Part shown: piece by piece, positions 51,071 to 61,499 of the stretch
How positions within the stretch are numbered: position 1 is the first letter of the stretch
Layout: the number at the start of each line of letters is the position of its first letter
Position numbers and translations under genes: made by a program
From: Nanobdellota archaeon
Lineage (GTDB): Archaea; Nanobdellota; Nanobdellia; Pacearchaeales; GW2011-AR1
Direction: 5' to 3'
Assembly: GCA_038045945.1 (NCBI GenBank)
Contig: JBBSXC010000001.1
Span: 75,680 to 139,679, forward strand
DNA length: 64,000 nucleotides
The notes under the pieces: generated by a model
What the model saw: the letters and a program-made list of their open reading frames with translations, nothing else
Database searches by the model: none
What the model was told of the DNA's origin: nothing

Positions 51071-53182
51071 TTATTTTGTTATTTTTGTTTCTTTAATTTG
51101 AATCTCGCAATGGTCATTACTGCAGAATTTTTCTTCTTCTTTTTCTATAACTCCCATTTTTGAGAAGTCTGCTTCTTTTATTTCGCTTCTTCTTTTTTCG
51201 TATTCTGTTTTTGTTATTTCTTCGTATGGCATTTGTTCGAATGCTCCTTCTTCTGTTCTTGGCAAGAAGCTTATTGCTTTTAGTTTGTATTGCATTACGT
51301 CTAATACTCTTACTATTTCTTTTGCTTCTGTTTTTGGATCGAAGCTTGCTGTGCAGCTTACTTGGTTGTCTGCCCAGTGTTCTTGCATGAATGCTGCTAG
51401 GTTTACTTGTTCCCATAATGAAACTTGTTTTATTGTTCTCATTGATCCTACGTGTACTGGTATTTCTACAACTATTGATGATTTGTCGTCTTTTGAGTCT
51501 TCTATTTTGTATCCTGCTTCTTGTAGTATTGGTATCATTTCGCTTCCTTTTCCTAGTCTTATTCTTCTTATGTAGTATTCTGATTCTGGGTAGTGTATTC
51601 CTGGTGTTGCTCCTGCTAGTAGGCTTACGCTTCCTGATGGTTTTACTGATGTTGTTTTTATTGATTTTGGTACTGTTAACCAGTCGCTATAAACTCCGTC
51701 GTAGTGTTGTATTGTGTCATAACCGTCTCTTGACCATTCTCTTAAATTTTTTATTCCCCTTGATGTTAAGAATTGTGCAATTCCGCTCATTGATGCTCCT
51801 ATTCTTCTGTTTCTTAGTAGTACTCTGTTTGTTTCTGGCCAGTGGCTTTCTCCCAGCGCTACAGTTTTTGCGTATAAGTATGCGAATTTTAGTGTTCTTA
51901 AGAAGTCTTCTTTTGTTTGGTGTCTTTCTGGGAATGTTTCTACTAGGTTGCATAATTCGTAGCTTTCTAGGCTTTGTTCTACGCATGGGTTTGCTCCTTT
52001 AACTCTTCTGTCTTTGTGGTTTGGTGGGTCGCTCATTCTTCCAAAGGCTCTCATGTTTTCCAGCCATGCGTATCCTGGTTCTCCGTTTATTGCTGTTCTT
52101 TTTGCTGGTTCACTATAGTCCATTCCTAGCCTAGCAAATATTGAGTTATTACTTACCCATCCGAAATCTTTTCTTTCTGGGTGTCTGTCATAATTTTTTA
52201 GGTCTAAGAATTCTTCGTCTTCCGGCTCTCCTAATGCTAGTTCTGCGCTTCTTCTAACGTTTCCTGCTACTACGCATCTTCCAATCATGTTTTCTAGATC
52301 TGTTATGACTCTGGAAGTTATTGGTCTTCCTCTAGCTTTTTCTAAAGTGTGTATTATTCCTTCGTGAAGTTCTACTAATGGTTCTGGACCTGATGATTTT
52401 CCTCCGAAACCATTAATGTGTGATCCTAAACCTCTTATTTTGTCGTAAACAAAGTCTACTGGTGCTATTCCTAAAAAGTTGCTTTCTATTAGCATTCTAA
52501 CACTTTCAACCCATCCGTCGCGGGTGTCAGGTATAACAAATTTTTCGTGCGATCTTCTTTTATCAGGTCCTTTGACTAGCATTGTTCCTGCTCCTTTTGT
52601 GTCAAATCCTACACCTACTCCTAACATTGACATGTCCATTAGGAAGGTGAATGGTTTTGCTAAGTCGTCTTTTATGTTGTCTGTTGAAACAAAGCCGCAA
52701 TTATTTAGTGCAGCGTATAGTCCTCTTTCTTCAGTTGGTTCAGCGCCCATAGCCCACAGCCCTCTTCCTGGAGGTAAAAATTTCATACTCCAAATTCTTT
52801 CATACATTTCTTGTGCGCTTTCTTGAGCTTTGTGATCGCTCCATTCTAGTCCTCTTTCTGTAACCCAACGTTTTTGAAGATTGTAAGTTCCAGTTACTAC
52901 TCTTGCTACGGTTTCATGCCAACGCTCGTTTTTTCCGTCAGGCTTCGGTCTTGAATAAGTACGTAAATAAGTTATTTCTCCTAAACCGTTGAATCCAAAA
53001 TCTGCTTTTCTATCAGAGTATTTAGCAACGAATGCGCAGTCAATTGCGAATGGTTCGTAAGATGGATCATGAAGCCTAGTAATTATTTTTCTTTGAATAG
53101 GCCCCATGTACCTATTTTCTTTTAGTTCTCTCTTCCAATCCCATTTTCCGTTCGAGTTTTCAGAGTTTTTTCTATTTGACAT
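51071..53182 (-). CDS. nrdJ: class II (B12-dependent) ribonucleotide reductase, monomeric RTPR type
   Basis: YLRTYSR, PPGRGLW, NNC, GNVRRSA, NPC.EQ, CNLVE, KPSG, C-terminal CSNDHC. Confidence 0.92.
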   Translation of the reverse strand: MSNRKNSENSNGKWDWKRELKENRYMGPIQRKIITRLHDPSYEPFAIDCAFVAKYSDRKADFGFNGLGEITYLRTYSRPKPDGKNERWHETVARVVTGTYNLQKRWVTERGLEWSDHKAQESAQEMYERIWSMKFLPPGRGLWAMGAEPTEERGLYAALNNCGFVSTDNIKDDLAKPFTFLMDMSMLGVGVGFDTKGAGTMLVKGPDKRRSHEKFVIPDTRDGWVESVRMLIESNFLGIAPVDFVYDKIRGLGSHINGFGGKSSGPEPLVELHEGIIHTLEKARGRPITSRVITDLENMIGRCVVAGNVRRSAELALGEPEDEEFLDLKNYDRHPERKDFGWVSNNSIFARLGMDYSEPAKRTAINGEPGYAWLENMRAFGRMSDPPNHKDRRVKGANPCVEQSLESYELCNLVETFPERHQTKEDFLRTLKFAYLYAKTVALGESHWPETNRVLLRNRRIGASMSGIAQFLTSRGIKNLREWSRDGYDTIQHYDGVYSDWLTVPKSIKTTSVKPSGSVSLLAGATPGIHYPESEYYIRRIRLGKGSEMIPILQEAGYKIEDSKDDKSSIVVEIPVHVGSMRTIKQVSLWEQVNLAAFMQEHWADNQVSCTASFDPKTEAKEIVRVLDVMQYKLKAISFLPRTEEGAFEQMPYEEITKTEYEKRRSEIKEADFSKMGVIEKEEEKFCSNDHCEIQIKETKITK

Positions 53183-53368
53183 TGTTTTTTTCTCCTTTTG
53201 ATTATGAAAGTTACCACTAACTTTGATGATTCGTAATTTTTTTAAAGTTCCAACTAAGTTGTAATTTCTTAGTCTTTTACAGCACCAGCTAATCTTATTA
53301 TTTTAGTGCTGGAAAATTATGGCTATCGCTAAGTCTTTATTTTTGTTTGTTTGAGTATGAATTTTTGA

Positions 53369-53824
53369 TTAGTGATTTTTTCTTGATTGGACTTCTTTTA
53401 ATTCTTTTTTGAAGTCGCTTATGTCTTGGAATTCTTTGTAAACTGAGGCGAATCTAACGTATGCTACCTGGTCTAATTTTTTTAGCGCGTTCATTACTAA
53501 TTCTCCGATAAAAGTGCTTTTTATTTCTTTATTGTTTTTTTTGCGGATTTTGCTTTCTATTTCATTAACAATTTTTTCTATGTCTGCGTGCGAAACTGGT
53601 CTTTTTTCACATGCTTTAACAATCCCCATCGTTATTTTATCTCTTATGAATGGGACGCGCCTTCCGTCTTTTTTCACAACCATGAATTCTTTGTCTTCAG
53701 GTTTTTCGTGAGTTGTAAATCTTTTACCGCACTTTAAACATTCTCTTCTTCTGCGAACCAGGCCCTCACTGTCACGCTTATTAGTAACTTTAGTTTCGCT
53801 CTTACCACAGAAAGGACATCTCAT
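53369..53824 (-). CDS. nrdR: transcriptional repressor NrdR
   Basis: CPFC...RRRRECLKC.KRFTT.E zinc ribbon, ATP-cone VVKKDGRR, VAYVRFASVY. Confidence 0.95.
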   Translation of the reverse strand: MRCPFCGKSETKVTNKRDSEGLVRRRRECLKCGKRFTTHEKPEDKEFMVVKKDGRRVPFIRDKITMGIVKACEKRPVSHADIEKIVNEIESKIRKKNNKEIKSTFIGELVMNALKKLDQVAYVRFASVYKEFQDISDFKKELKEVQSRKNH

Positions 53825-53861
53825 TTTTTATTTCATCACCATTTTTTGTTTAATTTTTAAG

Positions 53862-53909
53862 GTACAATTAGTTGTACTTGCTTATTATGCTAAATACTCT
53901 TAATTGTAC
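53862..53909. promoter_or_regulatory. tandem NrdR-box-like sites
   Basis: GTACAATTAGTTGTAC (53862-53877) and ATACTCTTAATTGTAC (53894-53909), starts 32 bp apart, downstream of minus-strand TTTAAATA (53936-53943). Confidence 0.55.
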
Positions 53910-54079
53910 TTAAACTGGTATTTACTTGTTTCTAAGTATTTAAACATTGCTGCATTAATGTAAATACAATTATCTTAAAAAATATTTTTCTTTCGAAACT
54001 CTTTAGGAGTTATTAACTATAATTTTTTGTTGTTGGTTTGTTCATAAACATTTAAAAACAAACACGGGTTATTGTTTTT

Positions 54080-54343
54080 ATGGACATACAATCTTTTGCT
54101 CAAAATCTTGCGAGTATTCCGCAGTGGATTATTGTTCTTGTTGCTGCTTGGTCTATCGCTTGGAAGGGTTTTGCTATGTGGCGTGCTTCTAAGAATAATA
54201 GTCCTTATTGGTTTGTTGCTTTACTTATCTTCAACACTATGGGTATTCTTGAAATTCTTTATCTGTTCTTATTCTCTAAGATTAATTTGAACAAGTCTGA
54301 GGTTAAGAGGGTTAGGTCTTCTTCCAGGTCTAAGAAAAAGTAA
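54080..54343 (+). CDS. DUF5652-like membrane protein
   Basis: WS..WKG.A.WRA..N...WF.ALLI.NT.GILEI.Y. Confidence 0.8.
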   Translation: MDIQSFAQNLASIPQWIIVLVAAWSIAWKGFAMWRASKNNSPYWFVALLIFNTMGILEILYLFLFSKINLNKSEVKRVRSSSRSKKK

Positions 54344-54362
54344 TCTTTTTTTTGTTTTAGTA

Positions 54363-54755
54363 TTATTCTTGCATTTCGTATGTTTGTTTGTATAATGAGT
54401 GGTTTGATTTGCATCTTTCTATTACTCCTTTGTTAAACTTTTTGCACGCTTTGCATCCTACTCCTTGTATTTTGCATATTTTTAGTAGTTTCATTATTTC
54501 GTGAAATGCGTCTGTTCTTTTTTCTTTAATGTTTTTTGCTGAAGTTTTTATTTCTTCTAGAACTGCCTTTGGCATCTTTATTGATTTCCCTCTTTTCTTG
54601 CTCATGTATTGACTTACTGCTGCTTTGCTTACTCCTATTGCTTTTCCTGCTTCTTCTAGTGTCATTCCGTGTTTCTTTACTAATTCTTTTGATAACTCTT
54701 TTCTTATTGCTGGTATAATGTACCATACTTCTATTTCTTGTGGTAAGTAATACAT
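54363..54755 (-). CDS. archaeal HTH transcriptional regulator (COG2522-like)
   Basis: PQEIEVWY.IPAIR, GVSKAAVSQY...KRG. Confidence 0.85.
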   Translation of the reverse strand: MYYLPQEIEVWYIIPAIRKELSKELVKKHGMTLEEAGKAIGVSKAAVSQYMSKKRGKSIKMPKAVLEEIKTSAKNIKEKRTDAFHEIMKLLKICKIQGVGCKACKKFNKGVIERCKSNHSLYKQTYEMQE

Positions 54756-54869
54756 AATTAATGTTAACCATTGTTAACTTATAAACTTTAACTATTGTAA
54801 CAGTGGTTTTTTGTGATAATAGTCTTTATATATCTAAAATCACTGTTTTTTTTAGCAGGTTTTTGTTTT

Positions 54870-57800
54870 ATGAATAATAAAAAGAGGGCGCTTAAGAATA
54901 AGAATAATTTTTTGTTAGTTTCGCTAATTGTTTTCTTAATAATTTTGTTATCAATAACTATTTTACGGCTAAGTTATCAAACTATTACTGGTGAAGCTCA
55001 AAAATCTGATAAGAATGGAGGGTTAGAATTAAGTCCTGGGATTACTCAGTGTAATGATGGTGTTGATAATGATAATGATGGTTTAGTGGATTATGGTTAT
55101 GATTTGTCCTGTGTTAGCGAATCTGATAATTCTGAGATTGGTGTTAGTGGTCAGTTGGAGGATGGTTGGACTAATTTTGAGCCTTCTGTTGATACTAGGG
55201 TTGTTTATGTTAGTTCTAGTACTGGTGATGATTCTTATGATGGTTTAACACCTTCTACTGCTAAGAGGACTTTAGCTAGTGGATGGTCGCTTATGCGTGA
55301 TACTTATCCTGATTGGTTATTGCTCAAAAAAGGAGACACTTGGTATAGTGAAGCTATAGCTGAAGTACCTTTTGGGTACTCTGGGCGTTCAGAATCAGAA
55401 AGAACAATTGTAGCTTCTTACGGGCAGGGAGAAAGGCCGAGGTTAGTTAATGGGTTTTTTCGTGGTGATCGTATAAATAATATCGCATTCGTTGATATAA
55501 AATTTGATGTTTATGACCCTAACACTTGGGCTCCTAATACTATGACCCTTGGTAATGGTGCTAATTACCTTATTGAGGGTTGTTATTTTGCTCGTGGCGG
55601 AATTAATATTCAAAATAAGGTTACTAATGTTAAGATTCGTAATAGTATGCTTGTTGATTCTATCAGCTTCCTTGATGGGGGAGTAAAAGTTGGTGGTATG
55701 GGTGCTTTTTTACATGATATTACTGGACTCTTAATGGAGAATAATGTTGTTGATTATAATGGTTGGCGCGATCCTGATATTCCTAGAAGTGTTTTCACTC
55801 ATAACATTTATAGTCAATACACAAATAGGGATGTAACTTCGAGAAATAATATTTTTGCTAGAGGATCAGGGGAAAACGAGATGCAGCGATCTGGTGGTGA
55901 CATGATAAATAATTTGTACTTAAGGGGCCCTTTTGGTCTTAGTTATAGTGATGATAAAAATCTTGATCCAAGTGGATTAATAAAAGATAATGTTGTTCTT
56001 GATGGTGATGATCTTTGGCCTACGAATGGGGGACGAGGTTTTGGTATAGAACTTAAGTATGTTAATGATGTTGAGGTAAGTGGAAACATTATTGCTCATA
56101 ATGTTCGTGGTAGTTGGGGATTTGGTATTTCTTTTGGCGGGGATGCTTCAAATATTAATCTTCATGATAATATTGTTTATGATTGGGTTGGTAAGGATGA
56201 TGGTGGTTGGGCAACTGTTGGGATTTCTGCAGCAGCAGCGTTTTCAGGAAATAACTATTTTACTAATAACCAGATTAATCTAGCTAAGGGTTGGCTTATT
56301 GATTCATGGGCTGGTAACCCAATCACTTATTCTGGTAATACTTATTATCGTGGTGGCGCAGTTAATGATCACTTCCAGAGAAGTTCTCCTATGGGCGATT
56401 CAGAGTGGCCTGCCTTTTCTGGTGAGACTAACGCTCAGTTTAAACAACTCAATTATTTAGATCCTAATCGTGATATTTCAACATATATGGCAAGTTTGGG
56501 AATGACACCTACTCTTGAAGCATTCTTAGCCGAGGCTAGAAAGAATACTAAGGATAATTGGGACGTCCGATTTACTTCTAATGCGGTTAATGATTATATT
56601 AGGGAGGGTTTTCAAGTTGTTGAAGAGAAAAAAGATGATAAAATGTTAGTTCCTGGTTCAGGATTCTCTGGAGAAACTCCCCAGCCTGCAACCTTGGGTG
56701 CTGGTCCTGGTTCTGATGCTAAGGCTATTGCTAGGTGGGATGTTGTTCCTTTTCAAACTATTACTAATAAGTTGAATGTTGGTGTTTTGGCTTATCACAT
56801 AAATGATATTAAGAGTGTTGATTTTTCTTTAGATAGTGGCCCTTGGATTAGTGTTACAGAAACTTCTATTAATCCTGATACTAATGTTGATGAATACTTT
56901 GTTACCTTTGATGCAAAGGGATTGTCTGATGGTTTACATGAGATTCGTGCTATCGCCTATCCTAATGTTGGCATTCCTAGAGTTCTTTCTGGTGATTTTG
57001 CTAGTCATAGTGGTTCTTTATTTTTGAATTCTAATTCTAAGGGTACTTTGAGAGAAGTTTTTATGTGGGTTGCTCCCGAGGGAAATGATGGTAATCCTTG
57101 TACTGAAGCTTTGCCTTGTGCTTCTCCTTTTAGAGTTGCTCAAAGAGGTGCTGACTTGAATAATAATGCTGATGGTGTGACTGTTTATATGAAAAAGTCT
57201 GCTGATGGAACCCCTGGCAGGTATGCTTGGCCTAGGACTTATTGGCCTGCTCCTTATACTTATACTCGTTTCTTAACTATTAGTTCTGCTCCAGGACTTG
57301 ATAGGAGTGAAGTTATTTTTGATCGTGGTGTTGCCCCTAATTCTGATGGCGCTTATGATCAAGCTGGTGGTTTTGGCACGAGTAAGGTTCATATGAAGGA
57401 CCTTACTTTTGAGCGAACAGCAGCTAATACTGATAATTCTGGTAATCGAGGTAATCCTTATGGTGGTGCTTGGCTTTGGCTCCAGAATGTTCATTTTGAT
57501 GGTAAAGGTTCTGGCCTTGGAAGGCCTCACTCAGGGTGGGATGGTATTTGGGCTACTGATGGTAGTAGTGTTGATAGTTATGAATGGGCTTTTTATGGTG
57601 CTCTGTTATTAAGGGGTGTGCGTATAACTAAGATTAGTTCTCAGGGTTGGCAAGATGTTGGAGGAATTTTTTATAGCACTATTGATGTTATTGACCCTTC
57701 ACTTTATCCAGAGAGAGGTGTCCATCCTGATCTTGAGTATTGGTGGGGCATGAGTGGCGATGTTAATGCTATTAGAAAAAATTTGAGGGTTTATGATTCG

Positions 57801-59234
57801 TCAGCCCAAACAATTTTTATTAAGAATGGTGTTCCTATCTCTAACGTTGTTTGGGATAATGTTCTTTATGATTCTGCTAATAGTGATATTAATGCTCAAA
57901 ATATTGACCACTTTATTATTAAGGATTCTACTTTCTCTGGCGGTGCTTGGTATAGTACTGCTGCCGGTTTAGATCCTTCTTACACTATGACTTGGAAGAA
58001 TGTTTTGATAAAAAATAGTATTTTTAATTTGTGGGCTTTGAGTATTGGTGGCGAAAACGTTAACATTTTTAGCAATCATTATATTCTTTCTCCACCAACG
58101 TGGGGTGCTCAAACTCCAGGTACTGATTTCACAACTGGCGATCCTGGTTTTGTTGATCAAGGCAGTAATGATTTTACTCCTAAGAGCGATAGTGTTCTTT
58201 GCAGGTCTAACGGTATTACTGTTGGTGCTATTCTTTGCCAGGGTAAGACTCCTGTAGTTGTTTGTGGTAACTCTAAGGTTGAATCTGGAGAATTATGTGA
58301 TAGCACTTCACAATCATGTACTATTGATGGTTCTTCCGGTACTCAAACTTGTAAAAGTAACTGTAAGGGTTATGATTCATGCCAGATTATTCCTAAGAGT
58401 AAAGTTGATGAATTGAAAGAGAAGTTTGATGGATCTCAAACAATTAAGCTAGATGAGGTTAGTGATTTAAGAAAAGTTAGTAATTTAGAGTTGGTTAAGA
58501 ATGGTATAGGAAGAATATTGTTTTCTAAGGAGATTGATTTAAAGAAGTATGATAGTAGTTTAACTGTTGAAAATATTGCTAAGAAGATTAGTGATTATGT
58601 TAACATTTATGATAAGACCGTGGTTATTGATTCTGCGAACTTACCAGAGTTAAATGAGCCTGCATCAATAACGCTTAATATAGGTGTTGGTAAGAAAGAA
58701 AGCGATTTAGTTATACATCAAGATGGAGTTAAATGCCCAGCAGATGTATGCTCTAGCCCAGTTTATAATTCTTTAACTGGGGAATTATCATTCTCAGTTA
58801 CTCACTGGACTAATTATACTATTATTGAGTCTAACTCTAGTGATAACTCAACAGAGAATAACAGTTCTAATAATGGCAGTATTAGTAATCAAACAGGCAA
58901 TGATAGTGCAGGATCTGGTTCTGGAGGTAGTAGCGGAGGGTATATCGGAGGTGGAGGAGGCGGTGGAGGTTATAGCGCTCCAGCAGTTAAGAATAATACT
59001 AATGCAAGTGTCAATAAGAGTCCAAGTATTAGTCCTGTTGATAAAATTAAAGAGTTATTTAGTGTTCCTAAGGTTACTAATGATAACCCTTCTGATATTA
59101 GGGTTATTTCAAAATCAGAAATAATAATTATTTCTTTGTTAGTAATTATTGGACTTGTATTAATAGCTATAATAATTAGGTTATTAATGAATCGTTTTAG
59201 GAGTCAACCTGTTACTGTTCCTTCTCAATTATGA
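54870..59234 (+). CDS. giant membrane-anchored surface protein with two beta-helix (pectin lyase-like) regions
   Basis: N-terminal TM, CNDGVDNDNDGLVD Ca-binding motif, VYVSSS.G.D..DG, HNIY, beta-helix repeats, CGN...E.GE.CD module, HWT.Y, Gly/Ser linker, C-terminal TM. Confidence 0.75.
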   Translation: MNNKKRALKNKNNFLLVSLIVFLIILLSITILRLSYQTITGEAQKSDKNGGLELSPGITQCNDGVDNDNDGLVDYGYDLSCVSESDNSEIGVSGQLEDGWTNFEPSVDTRVVYVSSSTGDDSYDGLTPSTAKRTLASGWSLMRDTYPDWLLLKKGDTWYSEAIAEVPFGYSGRSESERTIVASYGQGERPRLVNGFFRGDRINNIAFVDIKFDVYDPNTWAPNTMTLGNGANYLIEGCYFARGGINIQNKVTNVKIRNSMLVDSISFLDGGVKVGGMGAFLHDITGLLMENNVVDYNGWRDPDIPRSVFTHNIYSQYTNRDVTSRNNIFARGSGENEMQRSGGDMINNLYLRGPFGLSYSDDKNLDPSGLIKDNVVLDGDDLWPTNGGRGFGIELKYVNDVEVSGNIIAHNVRGSWGFGISFGGDASNINLHDNIVYDWVGKDDGGWATVGISAAAAFSGNNYFTNNQINLAKGWLIDSWAGNPITYSGNTYYRGGAVNDHFQRSSPMGDSEWPAFSGETNAQFKQLNYLDPNRDISTYMASLGMTPTLEAFLAEARKNTKDNWDVRFTSNAVNDYIREGFQVVEEKKDDKMLVPGSGFSGETPQPATLGAGPGSDAKAIARWDVVPFQTITNKLNVGVLAYHINDIKSVDFSLDSGPWISVTETSINPDTNVDEYFVTFDAKGLSDGLHEIRAIAYPNVGIPRVLSGDFASHSGSLFLNSNSKGTLREVFMWVAPEGNDGNPCTEALPCASPFRVAQRGADLNNNADGVTVYMKKSADGTPGRYAWPRTYWPAPYTYTRFLTISSAPGLDRSEVIFDRGVAPNSDGAYDQAGGFGTSKVHMKDLTFERTAANTDNSGNRGNPYGGAWLWLQNVHFDGKGSGLGRPHSGWDGIWATDGSSVDSYEWAFYGALLLRGVRITKISSQGWQDVGGIFYSTIDVIDPSLYPERGVHPDLEYWWGMSGDVNAIRKNLRVYDSSAQTIFIKNGVPISNVVWDNVLYDSANSDINAQNIDHFIIKDSTFSGGAWYSTAAGLDPSYTMTWKNVLIKNSIFNLWALSIGGENVNIFSNHYILSPPTWGAQTPGTDFTTGDPGFVDQGSNDFTPKSDSVLCRSNGITVGAILCQGKTPVVVCGNSKVESGELCDSTSQSCTIDGSSGTQTCKSNCKGYDSCQIIPKSKVDELKEKFDGSQTIKLDEVSDLRKVSNLELVKNGIGRILFSKEIDLKKYDSSLTVENIAKKISDYVNIYDKTVVIDSANLPELNEPASITLNIGVGKKESDLVIHQDGVKCPADVCSSPVYNSLTGELSFSVTHWTNYTIIESNSSDNSTENNSSNNGSISNQTGNDSAGSGSGGSSGGYIGGGGGGGGYSAPAVKNNTNASVNKSPSISPVDKIKELFSVPKVTNDNPSDIRVISKSEIIIISLLVIIGLVLIAIIIRLLMNRFRSQPVTVPSQL

Positions 59235-59279
59235 TTAGTCTTTAATAACGTTTATAAATAGATTTCATGTCATTATTTT

Positions 59280-59837
59280 ATGGTTTTGTTCATATGGATA
59301 ATACTAGCAGTTGTTGCTTTTATTGTCTTAATGTTTGTTACTTATTATAACAAGTTTGTTGTTTTAGGTAATCGCATTGATAATTCTTTGGCTCAGATTG
59401 ATGTTCAGTTAAGAAAGAGAGGGGAACTTGTTCCTAACCTTATCGAGACTGTTAAGGGTTATGTTAAGCATGAGAAGAGGATTATTGATTCTGTTACTAG
59501 TGCTAGGAAGGCTTTTGTTGGTGCGGCTACTTTTGAAGGTCGTTTAGCTGCTGGTAAACAACTGCAGCAGGCTATTGGCGGACTTTTCGCTATCGCTGAG
59601 AATTATCCTAATCTTAAAGCTAACGAAAACTTTTTACAACTTCAACAAGAACTTGCTTCAATAGAGGATAAAATTGCTTATTCTAGACAGTTCTATAATG
59701 ACTCAATTCTAGATTATAATAATTCTGTTCAGGCTTTCCCAGGCGTTATTTTTGCTAAGATTTATAATAGGCATCAAAAGGCTTACTTGCAGATACCAGA
59801 GGAAACAAAAGCCGTTCCTAAAATAAAGTTTGAATAA
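59280..59837 (+). CDS. lemA: LemA family protein
   Basis: IDVQL.KR..L.PNL.ETVKGY..HE, AENYP.LKAN.NF..LQ, RQFYND. Confidence 0.95.
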   Translation: MVLFIWIILAVVAFIVLMFVTYYNKFVVLGNRIDNSLAQIDVQLRKRGELVPNLIETVKGYVKHEKRIIDSVTSARKAFVGAATFEGRLAAGKQLQQAIGGLFAIAENYPNLKANENFLQLQQELASIEDKIAYSRQFYNDSILDYNNSVQAFPGVIFAKIYNRHQKAYLQIPEETKAVPKIKFE

Positions 59838-59857
59838 AAAATCATTTAATTCTCAAA

Positions 59858-60406
59858 ATGGCAAATATTAAACCTAACAATTATGCTCAAGACTTAGCAA
59901 AAGCTAAAGAACTTAGAGATAGGGTTTTTAGAACAGCAAGAAGTCAGGATTATGTTTTAGAATTAGACCCATCAAGGAGTATTAGTTCTAAGATGGAAGT
60001 TTATAAGACTAGAAGAGGAGACTTACCTAATAGTGATGTTATAGACATGTCTGTTGAGTATGGAGATAGAGGTTATATTAGTAGGATAGTTATTAATTGT
60101 CTTTCTTCAGATATAGAGGTTTTTGGAAGGTTGGCTTGGTATTTACAGACTGAAGCTTTAGCTGAGAGATGGAAGTATCCTAATACTGTGGAGCTTGTCC
60201 AACCCTTTACTGAAGAACAGTTTGAGAAAAGAAGAAGAGAGAAGCTTTTACAAACTCCTGAGGGTAGGAGAATAATGAGCGCTTACGAGGATAGACAAAG
60301 AGAAAATGAGGGATTAGAAAGAAGGAAAGAATTGGCGGGTCAGTTTCCTACTAATAGTATGGGTTTTAAGAAAGTCCTTGAAAGACCAGATTATACTGCT
60401 TTCTAA
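59858..60406 (+). CDS. hypothetical protein
   Basis: 182-aa ORF downstream of lemA. Confidence 0.55.
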   Translation: MANIKPNNYAQDLAKAKELRDRVFRTARSQDYVLELDPSRSISSKMEVYKTRRGDLPNSDVIDMSVEYGDRGYISRIVINCLSSDIEVFGRLAWYLQTEALAERWKYPNTVELVQPFTEEQFEKRRREKLLQTPEGRRIMSAYEDRQRENEGLERRKELAGQFPTNSMGFKKVLERPDYTAF

Positions 60407-60410
60407 TTGT

Positions 60411-60998
60411 TTATTCTTTCTTTTTTAGTAGAAAGACGTTTATTAGTCTTAACTTGTTATCGTAAGTTGTTGTTTGTTGTTCTTGTGTGATTATCTCAAA
60501 ATATTTAGAGAAGACTTCTGATAATTCTTCCATCGTGTAACAATTGATGTTTTTATTTTCTGCGTTATCAGAGAGTGATGATGACAAATAAAGTCCTTTA
60601 TGGTTCATTAGTCTGTTTATTCTTGAAACATGATTATCAAAAAACTTTTTTTCTAAGTGGTTTATTAATAACCATTCAAGAACAAAATCGAAAGTTTCGT
60701 TCATTTGACCAATATTTAATGCATCCATAACTTTGAAGTTTACCTTTGTTCCAGACCTTGTCGAGTTTTCTTTTGAATAATTGATTGCTTTTCTTGAAAA
60801 GTCTATTCCTGTAACATCAAAACCATGTTTAGCTAGAAAAATGCTGTTGTAACCTTCACCGCAACCAACATCTAAGGCTTTACAAGGCTTTATTATTCCG
60901 CCGGCTATAAGGCCTTTTAATAGCCCGGGCGGGCTAGTGCTAGTCCATGGAGCGTTAGTTTTAGAATATGCGTCATCAAATTCTTCTTTACTTATCAT
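60411..60998 (-). CDS. class I SAM-dependent methyltransferase
   Basis: ALDVGCGEG, VTGIDFS, FDFV. Confidence 0.9.
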   Translation of the reverse strand: MISKEEFDDAYSKTNAPWTSTSPPGLLKGLIAGGIIKPCKALDVGCGEGYNSIFLAKHGFDVTGIDFSRKAINYSKENSTRSGTKVNFKVMDALNIGQMNETFDFVLEWLLINHLEKKFFDNHVSRINRLMNHKGLYLSSSLSDNAENKNINCYTMEELSEVFSKYFEIITQEQQTTTYDNKLRLINVFLLKKKE

Positions 60999-61040
60999 GC
61001 TAATGAACAGAATAAATGGCTATTTAAAACAATTAGTAAG

Positions 61041-61499
61041 CTATTCGTATTTTCCTACGGCTGATTCATATTCTCCAGGTTGGTTAGATCCGTATTTTCC
61101 TACAGTGTTATCGTACACAGCCCCAGTTCCAGAGTTTGCTAGGTTATAACCTACTGATAAGCTTTTAGCAGAATAGCTTCCAGTACCTATAGTTTTTGAT
61201 GATAAATCATAAGAAACAGTTTGGCTTTCCCCAGCGTTGTCTGATCTTGATGCCTCTGAGTATGAATCAAACATGCTTGATGTTCTTGAGTATTTTCTGC
61301 TTGCTTCATCGTTTTCTATCATTGATACTTCTGATGATTTATGGTTGTGAGATTCGCTATCAGTAGTACAGTCAATAGAGTGTCCTCTACTTCTTCTCTC
61401 TATTTCAATTCGCAATGCTCCTCCGAACATACCCGCTCTAATGTTGCAGCACATAATAATGATTAGTATTTTGAGTATAAAAACCTTGTTAAAAGTCAC
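61041..61499 (-). CDS. hypothetical Ser/Tyr-rich protein (start uncertain)
   Basis: Low-complexity ORF with recurring VG.Y-type words. Confidence 0.4.
   Translation of the reverse strand: MTFNKVFILKILIIIMCCNIRAGMFGGALRIEIERRSRGHSIDCTTDSESHNHKSSEVSMIENDEASRKYSRTSSMFDSYSEASRSDNAGESQTVSYDLSSKTIGTGSYSAKSLSVGYNLANSGTGAVYDNTVGKYGSNQPGEYESAVGKYE

Noticed and set aside
53183-53368. Cobalamin riboswitch upstream of nrdJ
   Set aside because: No B12-box or conserved GGGAA/GCCACTG core visible
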